Counted from the first letter of the stretch, positions 28,953 through 39,433 are shown. The stretch is 64,000 bases of DNA from an uncultured Actinomycetota bacterium (GCA_963791865.1 CAWBUC010000020.1:40306-104305); one strand, 5' to 3'. Numbers and translations: made by a program. Notes: generated by a model from the letters alone, not told the origin.

Positions 28953-30509
28953 CTATTCGCTGACCAAGCTGGCGCCGCCGGAGAACTGGGCCAGGCGGAA
29001 GATCACGAACTCGGCCGGCTTGACGGGAGCGACGCCGATCTCGCAGAGGACCTGACCGGCATCGATCGCCTCGGCCGGATTCGTCTCGGAGTCACACTTG
29101 ACGTAGAAGGCCTCGTCGGGGGTGGAGCCGAACAGGGCACCGGCTCGCCACTGCAGAACGAGGAAGGCCGCGATGGTCCGCCTGATCTTGGCCCACAGCG
29201 CCTCGTCGTTCGGTTCGAAAACGATCCAGCTGGTGCCGCTCAGGATTGACTCCTCCAAGAAGTTGAAGAGCCGCCGGACGTTGAGGTAACGCCAGGCCGG
29301 ATCGGACGACAGCGTGCGCGCCCCCCACACCCGGACGCCGCGTCCCGGAAAGGCCCGGATCACGTTGATACCTTCGGGGTTCAGCAGATCGTGCTCGTTC
29401 TTCGTGATGTTGACCTCGATGTCGATCGCCCCGCGGACGATCTCGTTGGCCGGCGCCTTGTGAACGCCGCGGGTGTCGTCGTTGCGACCCCAGATGCCCG
29501 CGACGTGTCCGGACGGCGGCATGTAGCTCAGCAGCCCGGTAGCGGGGTTCATGGTCTTCACCCACGGCCAGTACAGCGCGGCGTACGCCGAGTCGTAGCG
29601 GGCCTTGTCGACCCGCCACTCCTTGATCTGCTGGGCGTTGAAGCCGGGTGGTGGATCCAGGACGGCGATCCGGTCACCCATCAATTCGCAGTGGGCGATC
29701 ATGGCCGTCTGCACCGCCTGCACGGTGTCGAGGTCGATCGAGCCCTGCTGGTAGGCGCTCATCAGATCCGGGACGCAGAGCATCGTGATCTCGTCGACCG
29801 CCTCCAAGCCGGCGAAGCCGGTGCGGTCGGCGACGTCGCCGACGTAGTCGTCGGCGTTCAGTCGGGGCGAGGGCAGCGCGGCCGGTGGGGCCGGCGCCAC
29901 CAGCGCGGTCTCGCCGTCGGCCAGCCGCTCCACGGTGCCGCTGCCGGTGTCTTCGACCGAGATGGTCTTCGAGACGGCGTTGACCATGGTGACGACGTTC
30001 TGCTTGCCGCGGCCGAACGAAGCGCGATCGAACTCCTCCACCATCTCGCCGTTCCGCTTGATCACGAGCCGGAACATGTCTTCGCTCGGGCTGTCGCCGC
30101 CCGCCGCGGTGACCTCGACACTGATCTCCCCCGGCTGGACCGCGGGGTCGAGCACGTTGATCTTGAGCCGGCCGATCTGCGCGGTCGGGGCTGCGGCAAG
30201 CTCCTTGGCTCGGGCGCTCCGGGGTGCCGGGCCACCATCGGACCCGTTCTGGCCGATGCGCACGACGTAGCAGTTGCCGCCGCCGTTCATGAAGTAGCCG
30301 TAGACCGACTGGGCAAGATATGAACCCGGAACGAAACCGCCGAAGGTGGTCGTGAACTGGGTCCAGTTGCTCACCAGCGTGGGTGCGTTGAACGGACCTT
30401 GCTCGGCCAACCCGATGAACGAGGCGACCGCGGTACCCACCCCCTCCAGCGGCCGGGCGCCCGAAGGCGCTTCCTCGACGAAGACACCGGGTGACTGATA
30501 GGTCGGCAT
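28953..30509 (-). CDS. Contractile tail sheath protein
   Basis: MPTYQSPGVFVEE, YAALYWPW, GVHKAPANE, WGARTL, YLNVRR, VFEPN and APVKPAEFVIFR motifs. Confidence 0.97.
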   Translation of the reverse strand: MPTYQSPGVFVEEAPSGARPLEGVGTAVASFIGLAEQGPFNAPTLVSNWTQFTTTFGGFVPGSYLAQSVYGYFMNGGGNCYVVRIGQNGSDGGPAPRSARAKELAAAPTAQIGRLKINVLDPAVQPGEISVEVTAAGGDSPSEDMFRLVIKRNGEMVEEFDRASFGRGKQNVVTMVNAVSKTISVEDTGSGTVERLADGETALVAPAPPAALPSPRLNADDYVGDVADRTGFAGLEAVDEITMLCVPDLMSAYQQGSIDLDTVQAVQTAMIAHCELMGDRIAVLDPPPGFNAQQIKEWRVDKARYDSAYAALYWPWVKTMNPATGLLSYMPPSGHVAGIWGRNDDTRGVHKAPANEIVRGAIDIEVNITKNEHDLLNPEGINVIRAFPGRGVRVWGARTLSSDPAWRYLNVRRLFNFLEESILSGTSWIVFEPNDEALWAKIRRTIAAFLVLQWRAGALFGSTPDEAFYVKCDSETNPAEAIDAGQVLCEIGVAPVKPAEFVIFRLAQFSGGASLVSE

Positions 30510-30631
30510 GCTGGCTCCTAGCTGTACGCGGGGTAGGCGTCGGCACCCGGGCGTGGTGCCTAGGAGAAGCGTGCTCTCGGCGCGCGTCCCGCTGACAGGA
30601 CCGCGCGGACTCACCGGAGGGCAACGCCTCT

Positions 30632-30647
30632 CTGCCCTTACGGGCAG
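30632..30647. promoter_or_regulatory. Candidate operator palindrome upstream of the sheath operon
   Basis: CTGCCCTTACGGGCAG with extra GGGCA half-sites at 30619 and 30654. Confidence 0.5.
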
Positions 30648-30906
30648 CCGACCGGGCAGCGTCCAGAGGATCACGATCAAGTTCGAGCTGACAGATCCGC
30701 CTGGACCGGATCAAGACTGCGGGAGACCACGGAGTCGAGGGCCCGATCCGTCAATGACGCGGTAGCTACTCCACTTCCCGTCACCCGGGACCGGTGGAGT
30801 TCCTGCCGCTCGCCGCACAGGCTCGCACGAACTCCGCAACGGGCTCCGCTGCTTGTCAGTTACCATGAAATTAGGTTCGCGTCGCTCGGAACCGTGCCGC
30901 ACGTTC

Positions 30907-33900
30907 TTACCTCGCTGATGGCAGATACCGACCACCCCGCCCCCCGAGTAGTGCACCTCTGAGTCGAGTTAGGTCCAGATGGCTCGATCTCGTAGTTGAA
31001 CGGATCGGTCATGAACTTCTCGACGGCCTTCGACTGCGGGCCGGCGAACCGTCCGTTGGTGTTACCACCACGTGACGGCGTCGATCACGTGGCCCATTGC
31101 GCACTCGCTGATGGGATAGAGGTCGAACTTGCCCGGCGGGTCAGGGGTTCCTGTCGCGTCCCGGTAGTACTTGACCTGGCCGTTTACCGGTTTTCCCTCG
31201 CCGGTCATCCGTGTCTGGACAAGCTTGCCAACCGGTCCGTTCTTGGATGGAGTCGGACCCATGTAGAGATTCCGAGGATCGGCGGTGTACTCCGTCCATG
31301 CCTTGTTCACGAAGGTGGCGGACACCGTTTCGGGTGCTCCGGTGCGGCCCGAAGTGGGTGCTTCGAAACCGTCTGTCTCCTTCAACCTCGGCTTGATGAT
31401 CCGATACTGCACCATCGGAAGAGCGGGGTCTGGACAGGTCGACGTTGAGGACCTCGGCCTTTCGGTTCTCCCGCGTCAGCTTCACGAGCTTGAAGGGTTT
31501 GACCCAGGCGGGCAACGTGCTCGGCGGAGGTGCGGCAGTGCTCGGAAACACTATGGGAACGATCGGGACCAAGAGCTTCACGAGGTCTTCCATGGCCGTG
31601 TTCAGCGTGCATCGACATCCGTTGGCTGACGTGCGGTCGGTGCTGAACCCTCGACCCGAGTCTTGATCTTGAGGATATCGCTCTGCTTGGCCTGAGCCGC
31701 CTGCAGATGGCCGTAGTTGGGGTGCGATGTCGTGATCACGCGCGACGCCTGGACCAGCACTGCGTCGACCGGCGTCGGCGTCGTTGCGACGGTTAACCGT
31801 GCGGACGCGCCACGCCCGCTCCAGTAGAGCTGATGTGCACCATCGGCGGCTCGGAACGACTTCCTCAGGGTCGAGCCAGTCGCGCACCGTCTACCGAGTG
31901 CCGCGGAAGCCTTACCCTTCACGTAGGCCTTGCCGGCGGCGAACTTCGCCTTGATCTTGCCTCCGACGCCCTTCAACCCGCGAATGATCGGCGCCGCGAG
32001 CTGCAGACCCTTCTTGATCACGAAGTCCAGAGCCTGGTTGACGGGCTTCTGGAGTTTGGTGATGATCTCCCGGATCTTCTGGCCGATGCCGCCGAGTCCG
32101 ATCAGGCTGGCCAGGAAGCCGATCAAGATCGGCACCAGCTGCCCGAGCACGTCGTTGATCTTGTTGATCACGCCGCCGACGTTGCCCCGCACCACGTCGG
32201 CCACCGAGTCGATCACGGTGTCGACGAAGGCCTTGATGCGGGCGGCGTTGTTGACGAAGAACATCACGACGTCGTAGATCAACTTGCACGCCTTGATGAA
32301 GGCGGCCGCGGGATTGAGCAACCCGATCAGCCAGGTGATCCCGGCGGTGATGATCTTGGTGATCACGAAGTCCTTGACCTGCTCGAGGATCATCTCCTTG
32401 ATGTCGCCGAGCTTCTCCAGCAGCATCTGCCACAGTCCGGAGACGCCCTCGCTGGCCAGCACCGAAAAGATCTCGACGCCCTTCTCGATGGCCGCCATCG
32501 CCTTTTCGCCGATCTGTTTGACGATCCGGTTGCGGATGTTGGCCCAGGTCAGTCCGAAGATCGAAGCGAGGAGCTTGATGATGCCCTTGAGGTCGAAGGT
32601 GTCGGGCAGCTCGATGCCAGCCTCGGCCAGCGCCCCGAACAGCCAGCTCATCAGCCCCTTGCGCAGATGGGTGAGGATGTTCTCGGCGAATTTGAGGATG
32701 CCGCCTTTGATGCCGGTGATCAGGTTGCCGAGGAAGGCCACCGGGTTCTTGATGATCTCCCCGACCACGAAGCTCACCCGGGAGAGGACGTCCTTCAGCA
32801 TCGCGATGAGCTCGCGGATCGTATTGATCACGGCCTTGATCGCGCCGATGGCCTTGTCGACCAGGCCCTTGTTTTCCTCCTGGAGCTTCTCGATCCGCTC
32901 GTCGAGCCCCTTGCGGGCCTCGACGTACTTGGTGGCCAGGGTGTCGACGACCGCTTCCTGCTTGTCGTTGACCTCGCTCTCCAGCTGCTCGAAACGCTCG
33001 CCGATCTCCTTCGACGCCTCCGAGCCGACCTTCTTCAGGTCCTTGGGCAGGCTCTTCACGTACGTGGCGATCTCCGCCTTGCCGCGTGCGATCCGCGCCT
33101 TCGCCGCTGTGAGGTCACCGCCGACGATGTCCGCCACCCGGGAGATCACGCCGTCCATCTGCTTCAGGTACAGCTCGCGACCGGCCTCGTAGAACTCGTT
33201 GACCTTGTCGGGCATCCCAACGAGTTTGTCCTTGGCCCAGCGCAAACCACCGAGCCAGCCGCTGTACCGATCTGCCTTGTACGCCGACATCTTGGCCGCG
33301 ACGTAGCTCTCGAAGGCAACTCGCGCCTTGCCCTCGCCGTCGTTGAACTCCTTCTCGACCTTCGGGTCGATGCCGTCCAGGATCTTCTTCACGTCCGCCT
33401 CGGCGGCGGTGAAGATGCTCGTGATCTTGGTAGTGACCTCGGCCCGCTTGGCCTCGTCCTTGGTCTTTGTCTTGCCCTTGTCGGCCACCAGCTTCGCCAG
33501 CGCGGCGCCCTTGGCGCCCTGCATTCCGGCGATCCCTGCGGTGGTTTCAGCGTTAGCGTCCGCCTTGCCTTGGGCGATGACCTGTTGCTCGGCCTGCCGG
33601 AACTCCTGCGGGGCTGTGTCCGCGTGCGCAGCGGCCGCTTTCTTGTCGGCGAGGGCAGCAGTGAACTCCGGTTCGTTCGACTGGGCCAGCTGCGGCTCGG
33701 TCACCTGGGCGTCGGCCATCTCCTGGCTGGCCTGGGCCTTGCCGGCCTGGAGGTTGGTCTGCTCGGGGGGAGCGACCTTGGGCACCGCACCAGCGGCCGA
33801 GACGGCGACGGCCGCTCCCGCCGGCTCGGGACCCATCGGGGTTACTGGCTTCGGCACCGCCTTCGACTGGTCCGGGGGCGCCTCGGTGGCCGCCTCGATG

Positions 33901-34876
33901 TCCTTGGCCTGACCCTCCTTGCCGGCGGTGACCAGACCCTTAACCTCACCCTTGACCTCACCGGCCTTGCCGGACTCCTTGTACTTGTCGGCCTCGCTGA
34001 GCGTCTTCGGGGACTTCGCCTCGATGGCCGCCTTGACGGCGGCAATGAACGCCTTCTTATCGAACGTGCCCGCCTGCTGGGCGTCCATGGTGTCGGTCTT
34101 GGCGGCCTGCGCCTGCCCGGCGATGTCACCGGCCGGCGGCAGCGCCGCGTCTTGGGCCTCCTTGGCCTTCGCCGTAGCCGGCGGGTGAGCCTTCTTCTCC
34201 TGGGCGAAGCCCTTGACCTGACCGGTGACCTGACCGAAGGCCGGGTCCTCCTCGGGCCGCACGGGAGTCGGCGCCACCGGCGGTTGGAGCAGCTGGCCCC
34301 CCGACAACGGTGCGCGGCCCGGCGCCAGCGCGCCGCCGCCAGCCGCGGCGGCCGACTTTGCTTTCGGACCGCCCGCGGCCGCCCTGCCCGCCTTGGCGGT
34401 CTTGCGGTCTTGGCGGTCTTGGCGGTCTTGGCGCCGGCCTTACCGAGTGGAGACACCGCCGGTACGGGCTTGGGCGGTGGCACCGGCTTCTTGGCCGGCA
34501 CCGCACCCGGACCGAATCCGGTCTTGGTCACCGCCAGAGCCGACGCCGGCGGCTTAGGGCCCTCCAACTCGACGGGGACGCCGGTCGCCTGAGCGGCTTT
34601 CAGTCCCTTCTCCACCGTGCCGACGGCCGGCTCGTCGCGCCGCAGTTCACGCAGGGCGCCGTCGATATCGGCCAGCGAGGACTGGCCGGGGGATCTGATC
34701 TTCGCGGCCAACAAGGCGCTGACCGCGGCGTTGCCGGCCCTGCGCTGGAGCGCCAGCACGGCCGACGGTCCGACCAGCGGCGCGGCCGGCTTCGGGCCGG
34801 CCCTCTTCCGGCCTTCAGCCAGCGCCGCCCGGAGCGACGTCCCCGGCCGTTCGGACGTCTGGTGCGCAGCGGTCAT
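30907..34876 (-). CDS. Large putative CIS effector: helical core plus C-terminal HNH/EndoVII-like (GH-E-like) nuclease; multiple frameshifts
   Basis: Stitched from ORFs 33842-34876, 31602-34307, part of 31141-31887 and 31062-31415, and manual reading to TAA at 30907. C-terminus ECAMGHVIDAVTWWNTNGRFAGPQSKAVEKFMTDPFNYEIEPSGPNS.RGA. Confidence 0.72.
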
Positions 34877-34912
34877 GGGGGCTCCGGATCGGGAGCGACG
34901 CGTCCGTCGGCG

Positions 34913-35676
34913 TTAAGCCGGCAGCTGTTCTTCCTCGTCCTCGCCCTGGCGCTGGACGAAGAGTCCCTGGACCGGTTCCTCCTCCTCCTCGCCGGCCTCT
35001 TGGCGTTGCAGGAACACCCCTGGACCGGCTCCTCTTCCTCCTCGGGCTCGGCAGCTTGGCGTTGAACCGCCGGAGACCCCGCACTCACCGCAGGAACTTC
35101 AGACGGCCCGGTCATGACTCGGTCTGCGTTGCTCGCTGCCTCCCGTTCGAAGCGATCCTCCGGATCGCTGACCTTGATGCCGCCGGGCGCGGACGTTCCG
35201 TCGACGGGCCCGCTGCGCTGCTGCATCACGTGGGTCAGCTCGTGGGCCAACGTCGTTCGACCTGCCTGCGACGACGGATCATAAGTGTCGCGCTGGAACA
35301 CGACGTTCGAACCGACCGTGTAGGCGTGCGCGTTGACCGCCTTGGCGGAGTCGGCCGCGGACGCGTCGTCGTGGATCCGCACGTCGCCGAAATCGGCTCC
35401 GAGGCGGGACTCCATGTCGGTCCGCACGTCCGGATCGAGCGCGCGTCCGCCGGAACTGATCACGTCGTGCACGGGCGAGCGCTGCTCGTCCTCCAGCAGC
35501 GAGGCCACCCCGGCGTTGCCGGCGACGCGCTGCAGTCCGAGCAGACCGCCGGCGCCCAAGACGTCGGGGCGACGTTCAGCCGCTGCGCGACCCAGGTGGT
35601 CACCCAACTCGTCGTCGATCCGGTCGCCCTTCGGCCGGAACGGATCTCGTCGGGAATCGGACAGGTGATCATGCAT
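34913..35676 (-). CDS. DUF4157 (eCIS core domain) protein with an acidic repeat tail; frameshift near 35018
   Basis: ME.RLGADFGDVRIH, NAHAYTVG, TLAHELTHVMQQ and D.FEREA motifs; tail EEEEEPVQG.F.QRQ repeated; GGAGG RBS. Confidence 0.9.
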
Positions 35677-35754
35677 GGCAACCTCCGCGTTCACGCTCCA
35701 CATCCACTCTGACATGTCGCGCGGCGCGACGGCAGAGCCAACCGGCGCTATCCG

Positions 35755-35770
35755 TTGCCCGAACGGGCAG
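35755..35770. promoter_or_regulatory. Candidate operator palindrome upstream of the DUF4157/effector genes
   Basis: TTGCCCGAACGGGCAG, matching 30632-30647. Confidence 0.5.
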
Positions 35771-35959
35771 ACTTCAAGTGGTGCGTTAGGGAGTTCCTTG
35801 CCGTTGGGAGTTGTCCAGTGGATGCTCCGCAAGGCCGAGGAGGAGGTCATAGCGTTGTTCTATGGCCGACGACGAGAACGCCGCGGAGCGCCGCGTGGGC
35901 AGCTCCCAACGTTAGAGATCTCCCTAACGGGCCACTGGGCCCACGCGTCACGCCGGACC

Positions 35960-38041
35960 TCACTTCACGAGGGCGTCGTAGTAGCGGCCGAACTCACGCT
36001 CGAGCACCAACCGGCCGAGCTTGCGGTATTCCTGCTCGACGGCGGTGATGAGGTGCTCCATGGTGACCGGCGCGCCCCCCGCGGCCGCGAGATAGGCCGC
36101 CGTGGTCGAAGCGGAACGGATGTTGCCGCCGGCCAGCTCGAAGGACTCCGCGAGGAAGTCCAGGTCGATGTCGTCGGCAACCGGCAACGGCGACGCCAGG
36201 CAGTGCACCCACAACGACCGGCGGAGCTCCGGTGTAGGTGCCGGGAAGTCAATGATCGCGTCCAGCCGCCGGGTAAAGGCCTCGTCGATGTTGGCCCGCA
36301 GGTTGGTGGCCAACACCGCGAGTCCGTCGAAGGTCTCCAGCCGCTGCAACAGGTAGGCGCTCTCGATGTTGGCGTAGCGGTCATGGGCGTCCCGGACGTC
36401 ACTGCGCTTGCCGAAGATGGCGTCGGCCTCGTCGAAGAACAACACGGCGTTCACGCCCGCCGCTTCGGCGAAGATGCGCTCGAGGTTCTTTTCGGTCTCC
36501 CCCACGTACTTGTCCACCACCGTAGCCAGGTTCACCGTGTAGAGGTCGAGTCGCAGATCAGTCGCGATCACCTCGGCCGACATCGTCTTGCCGGTGCCCG
36601 AGTCGCCGGCGAACAGGGCGGTGACGCCGTGCCCGCGGCCACCACCGCGACGCATCCGCCAATCGGTCAGCACGGTGTCGCGGTGGCGGGCCCGAGCCGC
36701 GACCTCCCGCAGACCGCGCAGCACGGCCGGAGCCAGCACGAGGTCCTCCCAGTCGACCTCCGGCTCGATCCGCCGCGCCAGCCGCTCCAGACCGGCCGCA
36801 TTCTGGGCCCGCACGCCCCGCCGGAGATCCTCCGCCGTCACGGGCCCGCCGGCCAGGCGGGCGGAGGCTTCGGCCGCCCGCACGGCCCGATGAATCTGCG
36901 TCGGCCCCAAGGCGAGATGTCCCGCCACATCCAGAGGATGCAACGCAGCGGCGTGCGGCCCGAGCTCCCGCTCCCACAAGCTCAGCCGCTCGCGACCGAG
37001 CAGCGGTGGCACCTCGAGCACCAGCGGAGCCGTCGTCGACCACTGTGGGTCCCAGGTCGCCGTGCCGACCAGCAGGACCGGCACCGGGGCCGAGGCGAAC
37101 ACCTGCACCGCCTCGGCCGCTTCCTCGGCAAGCGGCGCGACCGGACCCGCCACCACCCCGCCGTTCGCCAACAACGCCTCCCGTACGGTCAAGGCCACCA
37201 AGGCAACCGGATCATGGGCGTTGGCGAGCCGGCGCACATCGATCGCAACCGAAGGACGCCCCGCGTGCGCCAGGGCGGACACCGCGATCGCGTTGCCGGT
37301 CCCGGTGACCCGCTCGTGCAGATAGACGAACGTCACACCCGCGGACAGGGCTCGACCCAGCCGCTCGGCCAACGGCTCAGACCACGCGACGACGGGTTCG
37401 ACGAGCGGGGCCACCAGCGGGTCGGCCGCGTCGTCGCCGAGCAGGTGGGCGGTGACGCGGTCGGGGACCCGCAGCGAACGGGTCAGGAGCGGCCGGTCGG
37501 TGTCCTCGATCAGCAGCAGCCCCGCGGCGAGCAGCGGTCGACTGGGCTCCAGCCGTCCCCGCGCCGCCGCCAACATCGCGGACTGGCCGGCCAGCTGCAG
37601 GGCCAATCCGACCGACGCGCGGCGCCGGGTCACGTCGTCATTGAGATAGGCGTACAGGCGCTCGAAGCGGGAATCGAGATCCGGCAGCAGGGCGATGATC
37701 AACAACTCGACGTCGAGGTCGGTCAGATCGGCGGCGCGGGCCGCCTCACGCAGCCGCAGACGCGCACCCGCGGCCTCCAACCGGTCGGCCTCGGCCTCGA
37801 GACTCGTGCGAGCTGCTCGAGCCGCGTCGTGCGGCGGCGACTCTTGAGCGGACGGGTCCACCGATCCTTCCAGCAGTCGGTCGACCGTCTCGTCACTGAG
37901 GTACAGACCACGGAAAGGGTCGTCGGGTGCGTGGTCCGCGGCTCGGCGTTCGGCGACAACGGCGCGCACCCGGTCCTCTACGAGACTGGCGCGGTCCAGC
38001 AGATAGGACAGGCCGACGTCCCTCGCGTTCCGGTCTGTCAC
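35960..38041 (-). CDS. Afp15/Pvc15-like AAA+ ATPase
   Basis: DDPFRGLY, YAYLNDDVTRR, GDSGTGKT, KYVGETEKNL, LFFDEADAIFGKR and DRYANIE motifs. Confidence 0.95.
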   Translation of the reverse strand: MTDRNARDVGLSYLLDRASLVEDRVRAVVAERRAADHAPDDPFRGLYLSDETVDRLLEGSVDPSAQESPPHDAARAARTSLEAEADRLEAAGARLRLREAARAADLTDLDVELLIIALLPDLDSRFERLYAYLNDDVTRRRASVGLALQLAGQSAMLAAARGRLEPSRPLLAAGLLLIEDTDRPLLTRSLRVPDRVTAHLLGDDAADPLVAPLVEPVVAWSEPLAERLGRALSAGVTFVYLHERVTGTGNAIAVSALAHAGRPSVAIDVRRLANAHDPVALVALTVREALLANGGVVAGPVAPLAEEAAEAVQVFASAPVPVLLVGTATWDPQWSTTAPLVLEVPPLLGRERLSLWERELGPHAAALHPLDVAGHLALGPTQIHRAVRAAEASARLAGGPVTAEDLRRGVRAQNAAGLERLARRIEPEVDWEDLVLAPAVLRGLREVAARARHRDTVLTDWRMRRGGGRGHGVTALFAGDSGTGKTMSAEVIATDLRLDLYTVNLATVVDKYVGETEKNLERIFAEAAGVNAVLFFDEADAIFGKRSDVRDAHDRYANIESAYLLQRLETFDGLAVLATNLRANIDEAFTRRLDAIIDFPAPTPELRRSLWVHCLASPLPVADDIDLDFLAESFELAGGNIRSASTTAAYLAAAGGAPVTMEHLITAVEQEYRKLGRLVLEREFGRYYDALVK

Positions 38042-38742
38042 GACCTCTTCCTCGGGCGCCGTTGTCGCCGCATCGTGACGCGCTGGTCGGGCGCTGCCTC
38101 CTCACGCGTTCCGCCGGCGCCCACTCCCCCGGCCCGCTCGCCGCCGGCCCGTTCGGTCGGTGGCCAGCCGGTGCTTCCGCCCATCGACACCACTGGCGGG
38201 ACGGTGACCGGCGGTCCCGTCTCGTAACGCTGCCCGGTCTCGACGGGCGTGCTGACCACGAGATCGATGGACGGCTTCAGCTCACCGCCGAGAGCAGACC
38301 AGACATCGGCGAAGGCCCGGTCCTCGGGTGGCGGCAGCGCGACGGTGACCGGCACCGGTCGCTCGAGGGAGGCCAGCGGCCCGCTGAGCAGGTCGGCGGG
38401 CAGCGCGTCGTAGCGCAGGAAGGTGCTCAGCAACGACGACAGCAGACGGTGTTCGTCCTCGGGACGCTGGGTCCAGGCGGTCACCAGGTAGGAGAGCTTG
38501 AAGTGCCGCGGCGGCAGATGTCGGGCGATCACCCGGATGTCGTCGTCGTACTCGTTGAGGAGACCCCGCTCGCGGCGGCGCAGGTCCTCCCGAATGTCGT
38601 ACAGGTAGACGTCGATGGTCGGCGCATTGCGTCGTCCCGCCCACTCGCGGGTCGGCGCGTCGAAGACGACCTCGACGTCGCGGGTGCCGACGGCATCGCG
38701 CTCGATCAACGCGCGCAGCGCGGAGTCCACCTCATGGATCAC
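38038..38742 (-). CDS. DUF4255 / Pvc16-like tail terminator (cap)
   Basis: MIHEVD, FDAPTREW, YLYDIRED, LSYLVTAW, DEHRLLS and WSALGGELKPS motifs. Confidence 0.92.
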   Translation of the reverse strand: MIHEVDSALRALIERDAVGTRDVEVVFDAPTREWAGRRNAPTIDVYLYDIREDLRRRERGLLNEYDDDIRVIARHLPPRHFKLSYLVTAWTQRPEDEHRLLSSLLSTFLRYDALPADLLSGPLASLERPVPVTVALPPPEDRAFADVWSALGGELKPSIDLVVSTPVETGQRYETGPPVTVPPVVSMGGSTGWPPTERAGGERAGGVGAGGTREEAAPDQRVTMRRQRRPRKRS

Positions 38743-39364
38743 CTAGATCAGACCCTCTCGAACGGCGTAGGCCACGGCGTGCGTTCGGTTGCGGAGCTGC
38801 AGCCTCGTCGTCAGGTCGTGCAGGACGTTCTTCACCGTCCGCTCGCTGTAGCACATCCGAAGAGCGATCTCGGAGGTGTCGTGCCCGTCGGCCACCAGCC
38901 GCAGCACCTCGGTCTCGCGCGGCGTCAGACCCGAGAAGGTCAGCCCGCGCGGAGCCAGCACCTGCCGTTGCAGCCGACCGACCTGCTCCAGCAGCCGGCG
39001 CCAGTAGGTCAGGCGGCACCTCTCCCTCGCCAGAGGCGACCCGCCGAATCGTCCGGACCAGAGTGTCGGGATTGGCGTCGCTGCGCCGGAGCAACCCGGC
39101 CACTCCCGCTTCGGCCGCCAGGACCAGGGCCGCGTCGTCGACCGCAGTGGCCACCAGCATGAGTTGCGGCCGGCCGTCCTTGCGCAGGCTCCGCAGTTCG
39201 CGGGCCGTGTTCGCGTCGACCTGATCGGCGATCACGACCGCGACGTCGGCCTGCTCCGCCTGGTCGACGACGCGGATCTCTGGTCGCGATCTGAGCTGGC
39301 TCACAACCCCCGCCTGGGAGATCGGATCGCGGCCGTGGATGAAGGTGGGGATGGGATTGCTCAC
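38743..39364 (-). CDS. LuxR-family regulator with a degenerate receiver domain; frameshift near 39000
   Basis: DPISQAGV N-terminus; LTPRE.EVLRLVADG..EIA...SERTVKN..RNRTHAVAYA HTH. Confidence 0.88.
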
Positions 39365-39433
39365 AATTCCTCAGGATGTCGATGGCGCTCATACTTCGCT
39401 CAACGCCGGCTCATCACCCGCTCAACAGTGCTT

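Larger units (their letters stand above)
16025..39364 (-). other. Contractile injection system (eCIS / phage-tail-like particle) gene cluster
   Basis: Co-oriented sheath, tube, VgrG, PAAR, gp25, baseplate, LysM, AAA+ ATPase, Pvc16-like and DUF4157 genes; no capsid, terminase, integrase or T6SS membrane complex seen. Confidence 0.95.

Noticed and set aside
30711-30956. 81-aa ORF as an immunity protein
   Set aside because: It overlaps the reconstructed end of the nuclease, lacks a clear RBS and does not look like a folded protein.
31833-34592. 919-aa plus-strand ORF and other long antisense ORFs (2867-4831, 35675-38227, 13236-14765)
   Set aside because: Shadow frames of real genes, expected in high-GC DNA.
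16025-39364. Prophage or type VI secretion system
   Set aside because: No capsid, portal, terminase, integrase or lysis genes, and no TssJLM or ClpV. Pvc15/Pvc16-like and DUF4157 genes point to an eCIS-type system.
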